Source: Acidimicrobiia bacterium
Lineage (GTDB): Bacteria; Actinomycetota; Acidimicrobiia; Acidimicrobiales; JACDCH01
DNA length: 44,890 nucleotides
Assembly (NCBI GenBank): GCA_013694495.1
Contig: JACDCH010000546.1
Span: 1 to 44,890, forward strand
Reading direction: 5' to 3'
A model generated the notes under the pieces. The model searched no databases. It worked only from the letters and a program-made list of their open reading frames with translations, and was not told the DNA's origin. Position 1 is the stretch's first letter. Every line of letters starts with the position of its first letter. This document shows, piece by piece, positions 1-7,437 of the stretch. Position numbers and translations under genes: made by a program.

Positions 1-98
1 GCCAACGATGACCACCACGACCACGCCTCAGCGCGCCCCCATCACAGCCTCACCGACCATGTCGCCGCCGTCCTCACCCAGCCTGTCGGCGAACACCC

Positions 99-401
99 GT
101 GACGTCCACGGACCCGATCGAACATCCCGACCTCGTCGACGCCCTTGTGCAGCTCGCTGACGCACTCGACCGGCGCCCAGGCGACGGCCCACGCCTCAGC
201 CATCTCGCCATGGCCGTGCTCGCCGACCAGATCGCACAACTGGTGCACGACCTGGCCCGATCCCTTGTCGTGTTGGCGCGCTCGGAGGATGGCGCGAGCT
301 GGACCGACGTTGGCGTCGCCTTCGGCGTAACCCGCCAGGCCGCCCTTCGGCGATGGAGAATCGAACCGAGCCGGACGGCGTCGTCAACCGACAGCGAGTG
401 A
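99..401 (+). CDS. small hypothetical protein with HTH-like C-terminal segment
   Basis: ORF track 99..401 (GTG start). This frame has strong G/C third-position bias. The segment ASWTDVGVAFGVTRQAALRRW looks like a helix-turn-helix. No family recognised. Confidence 0.4.
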   Translation: MTSTDPIEHPDLVDALVQLADALDRRPGDGPRLSHLAMAVLADQIAQLVHDLARSLVVLARSEDGASWTDVGVAFGVTRQAALRRWRIEPSRTASSTDSE

Positions 402-616
402 AGCAAGGCGAGCTTCGGCAGCGCGATCCGGCTTCCTGCTGCGGCGGCTGATTCGCTCGAGGCGGAACCCGCCGCCATCTTTGCTGGCCGGCCTCCCCAG
501 AGTGACGACCGCCCTATGCCCGAGCCGCGAAGTCCCTTCCTCACGTGCCAGCAGCAGCCCGCCCAAACTCCCCGACCGCTCGCTGGTTCACCCGCCATTG
601 CGCGCCACCGTGGCCA

Positions 617-899
617 TCCACAGACTATGCCGCTTCGTTTCTGGACCCGGTCCGGCCGGTGAACGGCCTGCGGCCTTGGCCTTCCGTCCTCCCGTCCTCC
701 CGCACGCGATTCGCAGGGACCGACGCAACGGCCTGGCAGACTGTGATCCGCTCGGGACCGGCGCACGGCCCCTCCATCGGAACTGAACCGAAGGAGGACC
801 CCATGGTCCCGACCGAGCTCACCCCCCGAACCAAGGCCCGACAGGGCCGTTCAGCGGCGGCTCCGAACTGCGTAGAGCGGAAGCGGCATAGTCTGTGGA
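617..899. repeat. 20-bp perfect inverted repeat pair separated by 243 bp, with extended imperfect arm similarity
   Basis: TCCACAGACTATGCCGCTTC at 617-636 is the exact reverse complement of GAAGCGGCATAGTCTGTGGA at 880-899. Further inward matches include TGAACGGCC and GGCCTTGG. Both strands translate to HRLCRF in the ORF track (481..786 and 625..1014). Confidence 0.85.
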
Positions 900-1017
900 G
901 GACAATCGGGGGTCGCGCAGACGCTGATTGCCGGGGGACGCAGGTCGCGACGGCGTGCGCTCTGCAGGTGTCGGTCGACTCGCTCGGAGGGGTCGGCTGG
1001 CGGCAATCGGACATCGA

Positions 1018-1368
1018 TCAGATGTCGAAGAGCCGCGGTGCCGCGGGGTTCGTGCGACCGATGGTTCGGCGAGGTCGGCGACCGGTCGGCTCATCGCTGC
1101 TCGCTTGCTTCGTCATCGCCTCGACGTCCGAGGTTGAGCCCGTGTCCTTGTCGGCGCGGTGGAACGAGCGCAGTCGGCCACCGGCCATCTCCTCGAGCCG
1201 GGCGACGGACACGCGGTAGAGCCGGCCCACGGGCATCGCCGGCACGATGCCTTGAGCCCCGCCGGTCGCGATGTAGAGGCGGGCCTCCAGGTAGGCCCTC
1301 GACCGGCCGATCCGCAGCCTCTCGGCCGCCTCCTCGACGGTGATGAAGTCCTCGGGCTCGTGAGCCAT
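1018..1368 (-). CDS. excisionase-type (MerR-like) HTH DNA-binding protein
   Basis: N-terminal ITVEEAAERLRIGRSRAYLEA ... LYRVSVARLEE is the typical Xis/MerR-superfamily HTH. It is divergent from an integrase gene across an AT-richer 60-90 bp spacer. Confidence 0.7.
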   Translation of the reverse strand: MAHEPEDFITVEEAAERLRIGRSRAYLEARLYIATGGAQGIVPAMPVGRLYRVSVARLEEMAGGRLRSFHRADKDTGSTSDVEAMTKQASSDEPTGRRPRRTIGRTNPAAPRLFDI

Positions 1369-1456
1369 GAGCGTCCCCCCTCGCTTGATCTTCTGAACCG
1401 CGGTAAACTACTTCTATCTACTCTAGTTTCGAATGGGTCGAGAGGGTGTGATCGGG

Positions 1457-2575
1457 ATGGCGCACATCAGAAGGGCAAGGTCAGGCCAAGGCTGGGAGGC
1501 CCGCTACCGCGACCCGCACGGCAAGGAACGAGCGAGGACCTTCAACACCAAGCGCGACGCGCAGCAGTTCATCGCCGGCGCCGAAGCGGACCTGCAGCGC
1601 GGTGACTGGCTCGACCCGAGGGTCGGGCGCATCCGCTTCGACGACTGGGCCGACGAATGGCTCGCCACTGCTGTCCACCTCAAGCCCAACACCCGGTATG
1701 GCTACGAGCGGCTGCTCGAGCGACACGTGCTGCCCGTCTTTGGCGGCAAGCGCATCGCCAACATCGAGCGCATCGACGTCCGTCGGTTCGTCTCCGACAT
1801 GACCACCGCCGGCATGGCGGCGGGCACGGTGCGCAACGCCTTCACCGTCGTGCGCAACGTGTTCAACATCGCCCTCGACTCTGGCGCGGTCAAGGCCAAC
1901 CCCTGCGCTCGGGTGAAGATGCCGCGCTCACCTCGGGCGGAGATGCTGTTCCTCGACCCGGCGCAGATCGTGGCGCTGGCTGAGGCGATCGGTGACGAGT
2001 ACGCGCTGCTCGTCAAGACCGCGGCCTACACCGGGCTGCGAGCCGGTGAGCTCCAGGCCTTGCGAGTGCGACGAGTCGACCTCGACAAGTGCAACCTCGA
2101 CGTAGTCGAGTCGCTCAGCGAGGTCGAGGGCCAGTTGATCTTCGGCGAGACCAAGACGTACTCGCGGCGCCAGGTCGGCGTCCCCGCGTCCCTTGCAGCC
2201 GAGCTGCGCTTGCACATCACGACTCGGTCACTCGGACCCGACGATCTCGTATTCGCCGGCCCCCGCGGTGGACCGATGCGCCACAACAACTTCTACAACC
2301 GCCACTTCAAGCCAGCGGTCGTGCGCGGGGCTCTGCCGGACGGCCTCCGATTTCACGACTTGAGGCATACGTGCGCCGCCCTGCTGATCTCCGAGGGCGC
2401 ACACCCGCGGGCGATCATGGAGCGCCTCGGACACTCCACCGTGCAGGTTGCCATCGACCGCTACGGCCACCTCTTCCCGCGCATCCACGCCGAGCTGACC
2501 GACTCCCTCGACAAGCTCTACCGCGGGGGGCATGACGATCCGACCTCGGCAGGTGCTACGAGCTCGGACGGTTGA
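1457..2575 (+). CDS. int: tyrosine recombinase (phage-type integrase)
   Basis: ORF 1433..2575. MAHIRRARSGQGWEARYRDPHGKERARTF is a typical N-terminus, so the start was chosen at ATG 1457. Catalytic-region motifs are present: TGLRAGEL, HDLRHTCAALLI, RLGHSTVQVAIDRYGHL. Confidence 0.9.
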   Translation: MAHIRRARSGQGWEARYRDPHGKERARTFNTKRDAQQFIAGAEADLQRGDWLDPRVGRIRFDDWADEWLATAVHLKPNTRYGYERLLERHVLPVFGGKRIANIERIDVRRFVSDMTTAGMAAGTVRNAFTVVRNVFNIALDSGAVKANPCARVKMPRSPRAEMLFLDPAQIVALAEAIGDEYALLVKTAAYTGLRAGELQALRVRRVDLDKCNLDVVESLSEVEGQLIFGETKTYSRRQVGVPASLAAELRLHITTRSLGPDDLVFAGPRGGPMRHNNFYNRHFKPAVVRGALPDGLRFHDLRHTCAALLISEGAHPRAIMERLGHSTVQVAIDRYGHLFPRIHAELTDSLDKLYRGGHDDPTSAGATSSDG

Positions 2576-3467
2576 GTTGATCTCGAAGTCCATCTCGAAG
2601 CGCATCATGGTCCATGTCGCACATGCGGCCGAGCAGTTCCGACAGTTGTCGGACGAGGTCTCCACCAGACAACGCGTTCAGTGCAGCCACCGAGACCGCA
2701 TGATGGCCTCCTGTCCGGTCGGACGAGGGCGTCTCGTCCGCGATGCGTACATCCTCAGCAATGAGAACGCCAACAAGCCGACCACCGCACTCGAGACGAA
2801 TCGCGGCGTAACTGCGGCTTCTCATCGTCATCGTCTGAACTTCATCGCGCGGCAGGTTGTATCGGCCGCATTGCTGGTCGATCCACCGGGGATTGGCGGG
2901 CGCATCGCGAGCACCAGGGTTGGACAGACGTGGCTCTTCCCAGGCGCCCTTCTCCCAGGCCTTCCCGATCACACCTTCGTCATAGGGATACTCCGCGCGA
3001 CCGGTCGTACGGTCGAACGTCGGCATAGCTGAATACCGTCCGACCAGAGCTAGCGCTGTAGCCGTATCGAGGAAGAGGCTGACTCTTCCGTTGCTGTTCA
3101 GGCCCAACTGTTCGAGGAGCTCGTGCAGCTCGGTCCTCACAAGAATCAACACCGCACGTTCCGCGTGTCTCGCGCGTCCGAGATGGGCGTCCGACTTCTC
3201 GGCTCTCTCCTGGAGCGCCCGCAGGTAGGACGTCGACAACAATCCACCAACGACAAGCACGAGGACACCGCCGATCAACAACGCCAAGGAGGTGGGGACT
3301 CTGCGCCACTCGAAGACTCGATTCTCGCGTGGCACCAAGCCCGCGACACCGAGAAGCAGAGCACCGGCCGCGCTGTATACGGCGAGCGCAACGCGAGCCG
3401 CGGCGTTCCGTCTGGGACGCTCTGGCGAAGACACGGCTCGAGCCGCACGTGAAGGAGTCGTCGCCAT
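2556..3467 (-). CDS. membrane protein with two N-terminal TM helices and a C-terminal GAF-like domain
   Basis: Two hydrophobic segments: VALAVYSAAGALLLGVAGLV and LALLIGGVLVLVVGGLL. These are followed by a GAF-like core (GRVSLFLD..., EGVIGKAWEKG..., SYAAIRLECGGRLVGVLIAED). The 3' end overlaps the convergent int gene by 20 nt. Confidence 0.6.
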   Translation of the reverse strand: MATTPSRAARAVSSPERPRRNAAARVALAVYSAAGALLLGVAGLVPRENRVFEWRRVPTSLALLIGGVLVLVVGGLLSTSYLRALQERAEKSDAHLGRARHAERAVLILVRTELHELLEQLGLNSNGRVSLFLDTATALALVGRYSAMPTFDRTTGRAEYPYDEGVIGKAWEKGAWEEPRLSNPGARDAPANPRWIDQQCGRYNLPRDEVQTMTMRSRSYAAIRLECGGRLVGVLIAEDVRIADETPSSDRTGGHHAVSVAALNALSGGDLVRQLSELLGRMCDMDHDALRDGLRDQLNRPSS

Positions 3468-3483
3468 CAGGCAACATGATGGC

Positions 3484-3753
3484 GTGGATGATGTCGACGA
3501 TCCCTCTGAACTCGAGGTAACCCCGAGTCCCGAGATTCAGATTTTCATCAACCGAGCCGTCTACGTCGTGTCACAGGTCTCGATGTCCGGCCATGAGCTC
3601 CGACACCTAGCCCATCCTCCACTGCCGACGGACGTCGACCTGTTCGTTGTCGGGGACCACGGTGCGGATCGTCTCGTGCTCAACGACGAAGTCGTCCAGC
3701 TCCGAACGGGCATGAGACTCTTCACCACGCCACGTTCGATTCTGGCTGGTTAG
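3484..3753 (+). CDS. ubiquitin-like beta-grasp protein (multiubiquitin-domain type), paralog 1, C-terminus ...RSILAG
   Basis: This is the in-frame tail of ORF 3292..3753. The upstream part overlaps the GAF gene, so GTG 3484 was taken as the start, giving 89 aa. It aligns along its length with the 4075..4344 product (IQIFINRAVYVVSQVSMSGHELRHL / FHIKIDRAEYTVTEKVMTGAELRHV; LFTTPRSILAG / FFTAPRQINPGA). Confidence 0.65.
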   Translation: MDDVDDPSELEVTPSPEIQIFINRAVYVVSQVSMSGHELRHLAHPPLPTDVDLFVVGDHGADRLVLNDEVVQLRTGMRLFTTPRSILAG

Positions 3754-3781
3754 GGACGGCGGTCGCCTCGTTCAAACGCGA

Positions 3782-3970
3782 TCAGTCGGTCAGGAGGCGC
3801 TCCGCGCGAAGCAACCTCGCACGGAGACCACGCTGAAAGTCCTGATCCAACCTCCGCGCTTCGATGTGCTCCGTAATGGCCGCCCGCACAATTTCGGAAA
3901 CTGGCAGCTCCACCACACTCGCGATCGTGTCGAGTTCTTCTGCCTGCTCGGGCGACAAGCGGATGGTCAT
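3782..3970 (-). CDS. ribbon-helix-helix (CopG/Arc-type) DNA-binding protein
   Basis: Internal ATG of ORF 3782..4054. MTIRLSPEQAEELDTIASVVELPVSEIVRAAITEHIE has the classic beta-strand plus two-helix RHH layout. It lies antisense between the two Ubl genes. Confidence 0.6.
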   Translation of the reverse strand: MTIRLSPEQAEELDTIASVVELPVSEIVRAAITEHIEARRLDQDFQRGLRARLLRAERLLTD

Positions 3971-4074
3971 GGCTTTGACGGGTTTCACAGGTGCAGTATG
4001 CGCCGTGGTGCCTCGGTGTGCAAGATCTCTGCTACCGTGATACCATTCCACCAAACCAGCACAGGAGGCCGCTC

Positions 4075-4344
4075 GTGCCAGAGACCGAGACCAAGGAGTC
4101 CGCGGAGAAGCGGCCTCACAAGTTCCACATCAAGATCGACCGAGCCGAATACACCGTGACCGAAAAGGTCATGACTGGTGCGGAACTTCGCCACGTACCC
4201 CCGATGCCGATCGGAGCTGATCGGGACCTGTTCGAGGTGATCCCTGGCAAGCCAGACCGTCTGATCGGAGACACGGACGGCGTCGAGATCCACGACGGGA
4301 TCCGATTCTTCACGGCGCCTCGCCAGATCAATCCGGGCGCCTAG
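4075..4344 (+). CDS. ubiquitin-like beta-grasp protein (multiubiquitin-domain type), paralog 2, C-terminus ...RQINPGA
   Basis: ORF 3991..4344. GTG 4075 is preceded by CAGGAGG at 4062-4068 and gives 89 aa, the same length as paralog 1. Confidence 0.7.
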   Translation: MPETETKESAEKRPHKFHIKIDRAEYTVTEKVMTGAELRHVPPMPIGADRDLFEVIPGKPDRLIGDTDGVEIHDGIRFFTAPRQINPGA

Positions 4345-4366
4345 CTCGACTACGTCGGAGACGACC

Positions 4367-4759
4367 GTGCCGCTGTTGCCGATCGACAAGGAGTACCTCG
4401 CTGAGCGCGACATCGCTCACGAGGTGCATGAGGAATCGAGCATGACGTGCGTCGTGATTCGTTCGTGGCAGCTCCCGACAGGCCTCGATCGGCCTGAGGC
4501 CGACGTGTTGGTACGGCTACCCGCCGGCTATCCAGACATCGCCCCAGACATGTGGTGGGTCGAACCAGCCTTGCGAACTGCCACCGGCCAAGTCATCCCG
4601 GCCACGGAAGCCACTGAAGTCCACCTCGGCCGCACGTGGCAACGATGGTCCCGCCACTTCGCCGCCGGGCAATGGCAGCCAGGAGTCGACCGCCTCGAGA
4701 GCTACCTCGCCCTCATTCGAGGCGAGTTCCAGCGAGCTGCAGGCGGACACGCAGCATGA
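4367..4759 (+). CDS. prokaryotic E2/UBC-like protein (Prok-E2 family E type)
   Basis: LPAGYPDIAPDMWWVEP matches the E2 YPxxPP-plus-aromatic core. The gene sits between the Ubl and E1 genes, and its stop overlaps the E1 start (ATGA at 4756-4759). Its only Cys is residue 28. Confidence 0.65.
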   Translation: MPLLPIDKEYLAERDIAHEVHEESSMTCVVIRSWQLPTGLDRPEADVLVRLPAGYPDIAPDMWWVEPALRTATGQVIPATEATEVHLGRTWQRWSRHFAAGQWQPGVDRLESYLALIRGEFQRAAGGHAA

Positions 4760-6141
4760 TGCAAGCGACACTGGTCTTGCCGAGCTGGATCGCAGTGGAC
4801 TTGACGCGCCGCGCTGGCGAAGAGCTCGAAGCCGGTGCGGTGCTGATAGCAGGAGTTGCGCGAACGGCCTCAGGCGTGCGGCTGCTCGCACGAGAGGTCG
4901 CGTGGGTGCCACCCGAGGCGTACCTGCAGCGCCGACACGACGGTCTCACGATCACGTCGAACGGATATGTCCCGGCGTTGGCTCGTGCCGAAGCGCTCGG
5001 TTCAGCCGCGATCTGGCTGCACACACATCCGGGTGTTGACGCGGACCCCTCGCCGAGCCGTCACGACGACGTCGTTGACACGGAACTGGCCGAGACGTTC
5101 AAGATCCGCACGGGCCGCGACCTCTATGGCTCGCTGGTCATCTCGCCAGCTCGTAAGCATTTCGCCTTCACAGGTAGAGGACACGATCTCGACGAGCCGT
5201 TCCGCATCGACCGAACCCTCATCGTCGGTGACAGGCTGGACCTCGTTACCGCACGCGACATAGAGGCGGCGCGCGAACTACCGCTGATCTTCGACCGGCA
5301 GGTTCGTGCCTTCGGTGGCGAAGTTCAAGAAGTGCTCGCGCAGCTGCGAGTGTCGATCGTCGGATGCGGCGGAACGGGCTCAGCCGTGGCGGAACAACTT
5401 GTTCGCCTTGGTGTCCGCTCGCTGACACTGGTTGACCATGACACGCTCAGCGACACGAACGTGACTCGCGTGTACGGCTCCTTTCCAGATCAGGTCGGAA
5501 AGAGCAAGACAGAGGTTCTTGGTGAGCACCTTCGAAGGATCGCCCCCGATCTTCAGCTTCGGACTTACTCCGCGTCGGTGCTCGACCAAGCTGTCGCGCG
5601 AGCGATTGCGGCGTCAGACGTCATCTTCGGTTGTACCGATGACAACGCTGGCCGACTCGTCCTCAGCAGAGTCGCCGCCTACTACCTCGCGACCCTTATC
5701 GACTGTGGGGTGCTGATCACCTCGCATGATGGGACGATCGAAGGCATTGACGGACGAGTCACCGTGCAATCTCCCGGTGCTGCCTGTCTCGTCTGTCGGC
5801 ATCGGATCGACATGGCACGCGCGGCGGCAGAGGTCCTCGACCCCGAAGAGCGACAGCTGCGGGAGGACGAGGGGTACGCCCCCGAGCTCGGCCGCGTCGA
5901 ACCCGCGGTCGTCACGTTCACGACGCTCGTCGCAAGCCACGCCGTTACCGAACTCTTGGAGAGGTTGGTGGGCTTCGGTCCGGAACCGGTTCCAACCGAG
6001 CTACTCCTCCGGAGCCATGAACGCGAGATCAGCACGAATGTCGCGGCGCCCGTCCCTGGTCACTTCTGTGATCCGACAAGCGGACTGCTCGGGACGGGCG
6101 ACAGCGAGCCGTTTCTTGGTCAGCTCTGGCGGTCCCCGTGA
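4756..6141 (+). CDS. JAB/JAMM metallopeptidase fused to a ThiF/E1-like adenylyltransferase
   Basis: Start re-called at the MMQATL methionine of ORF 4636..6141. JAMM motif: EAGAVL ... HTHPGVDADPSPSRHD (about 5020-5070). E1 Rossmann motif: VSIVGCGGTGSAVAEQLVRLGVRSLTLVDHD (about 5350-5440). Also CTDDNAGR and a CLVCRHR zinc-type motif. Confidence 0.9.
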   Translation: MMQATLVLPSWIAVDLTRRAGEELEAGAVLIAGVARTASGVRLLAREVAWVPPEAYLQRRHDGLTITSNGYVPALARAEALGSAAIWLHTHPGVDADPSPSRHDDVVDTELAETFKIRTGRDLYGSLVISPARKHFAFTGRGHDLDEPFRIDRTLIVGDRLDLVTARDIEAARELPLIFDRQVRAFGGEVQEVLAQLRVSIVGCGGTGSAVAEQLVRLGVRSLTLVDHDTLSDTNVTRVYGSFPDQVGKSKTEVLGEHLRRIAPDLQLRTYSASVLDQAVARAIAASDVIFGCTDDNAGRLVLSRVAAYYLATLIDCGVLITSHDGTIEGIDGRVTVQSPGAACLVCRHRIDMARAAAEVLDPEERQLREDEGYAPELGRVEPAVVTFTTLVASHAVTELLERLVGFGPEPVPTELLLRSHEREISTNVAAPVPGHFCDPTSGLLGTGDSEPFLGQLWRSP

Positions 6142-6491
6142 ACGCCCGGGGTCGCCTCCGCTGGTGGCACTGGCTGCCTCATCGTCGGTATTTCGTCGCA
6201 GCAACGGTCGAGGCGGCGGACGAGGTCCCCGAACGACTTCCACGTCGGGCAATCGTGCTCGTTGCACGCGATGATTGCGCCACATGGGTCGCATTTGATT
6301 GTCCGTGCCCCGCCCACCACCGCCTCCTGGTCAACCTCGATCCGGCGCGGTGGCCGCATTGGCGGCTTGAATCATCGCGACCGGTGAGCCTTCGCCCGAG
6401 TATCGATGTCAAGGGAGTCGACCGTCGTTGTCATTTCTGGTTGAGGTCAGGCCGCATCGAATGGACACCTGCGCGCCAGCGCATCGCATGA
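6138..6491 (+). CDS. Cys/His-rich small protein, DUF6527-like
   Basis: ATGA overlap with the E1 stop. Motifs FDCPCPAHHRLLVNL ... RCHFWLRSGRIEW. The family assignment is from my memory of proteins found next to E1/E2 genes. Confidence 0.55.
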   Translation: MNARGRLRWWHWLPHRRYFVAATVEAADEVPERLPRRAIVLVARDDCATWVAFDCPCPAHHRLLVNLDPARWPHWRLESSRPVSLRPSIDVKGVDRRCHFWLRSGRIEWTPARQRIA

Positions 6492-6492
6492 C

Positions 6493-7437
6493 GTGAAGGA
6501 GCCGTCCGTGGATGAGGGACCGACCAGCAGCGACGACGCCACAACAGCGAGTAGCGGGAACACTCCGGCGCCTGCGGTGCGAACGCCGTTGTATCGCGCG
6601 TCGAACGCGCCAAGGTACGGCCGCCAGTCGCTCATCAAGGAGATCCAAGGCAAGGAGAATCGAAAGCTGATCTGCTACGTCGCCGGTGCAGCAGCCTCGA
6701 TGACGAGGGACGACGTCTTGCCGCTGGTCGATCTGTTCCACACGGTCCCCGAAGGGTCAAACATCGACCTCATGCTTCAAACTCCAGGCGGTGACGTGGA
6801 TGCCGCCGAGAAGATGGCGTCGATGCTCCGAAAGCGCGTGGGGCCAGAGTCGGAGTTCCGAGTCATCGTCCCCGACTACGCGAAGAGCGCGGGCACGCTG
6901 ATTGCGCTCGCGAGCGACACGATCCTGATGAGCGACAGCTCCGAGCTTGGACCAGTCGACCCTCAACTCCCGTTACCCGATGGCAGCGGGCGAGCGAACC
7001 TCCGACCGGTGCAGTCGTACGTCGACGGCCACGACGCGCTCGTCGAGCTGGTCAACCAAGAGCCGAACGCAGCTGGTTATCGGCTCATGCTTGACAAGTA
7101 CGACCCCACCACCATCGACCTGTGCAGAAAGGTGCTCGAACGATCCACCCGTCTGGCGGAGGAGTTGCTCAAGGGAGGCATGTTCCGTCCGCCGCGTGGC
7201 GGCAACTTCACGGGTGTTGCGCGCGACCTGTCAGACAACAAGAAATGGCTGTGGCACGGCGCACCGATCGATCACAAGGAAGCTGAGCGACTTGGCCTTG
7301 CCGTCACCTATCTCGCCCCGCGTGACCCTAACTGGGAGCAGTACTGGAACCTGTACTGCGAACAGCGACTCGCGCTGAACGACTCCAACACAGCGAAACT
7401 GTTTGAATCCGACTACGTCTCACTCGTGATCGGCTAG
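6493..7437 (+). CDS. ClpP/SppA-fold serine protease (SDH-type Clp-fold proteinase)
   Basis: GTG start 2 nt after the previous stop. IDLMLQTPGGDVDAAEKMASMLR ... VIVPDYAKSAGTLIALASDTILMSDSSELGPVDPQ is the characteristic Clp-fold serine peptidase core, with the putative nucleophile in KSAGT at about 6883-6897. Confidence 0.75.
   Translation: MKEPSVDEGPTSSDDATTASSGNTPAPAVRTPLYRASNAPRYGRQSLIKEIQGKENRKLICYVAGAAASMTRDDVLPLVDLFHTVPEGSNIDLMLQTPGGDVDAAEKMASMLRKRVGPESEFRVIVPDYAKSAGTLIALASDTILMSDSSELGPVDPQLPLPDGSGRANLRPVQSYVDGHDALVELVNQEPNAAGYRLMLDKYDPTTIDLCRKVLERSTRLAEELLKGGMFRPPRGGNFTGVARDLSDNKKWLWHGAPIDHKEAERLGLAVTYLAPRDPNWEQYWNLYCEQRLALNDSNTAKLFESDYVSLVIG

Noticed and set aside
617-899. Retron msr/msd interpretation of the long inverted repeat
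   Set aside because: No reverse transcriptase gene is present nearby or anywhere in the window, and the 20-bp arms are longer and more distant than typical retron a1/a2 repeats.
1421-1440. GTTTCGAATGG upstream of the first integrase as a tRNA T-loop remnant or att site
   Set aside because: Only the TTCGAAT heptamer resembles a T-loop. The flanking bases do not form a T-stem and do not align with the tRNA-Arg sequence in this window.
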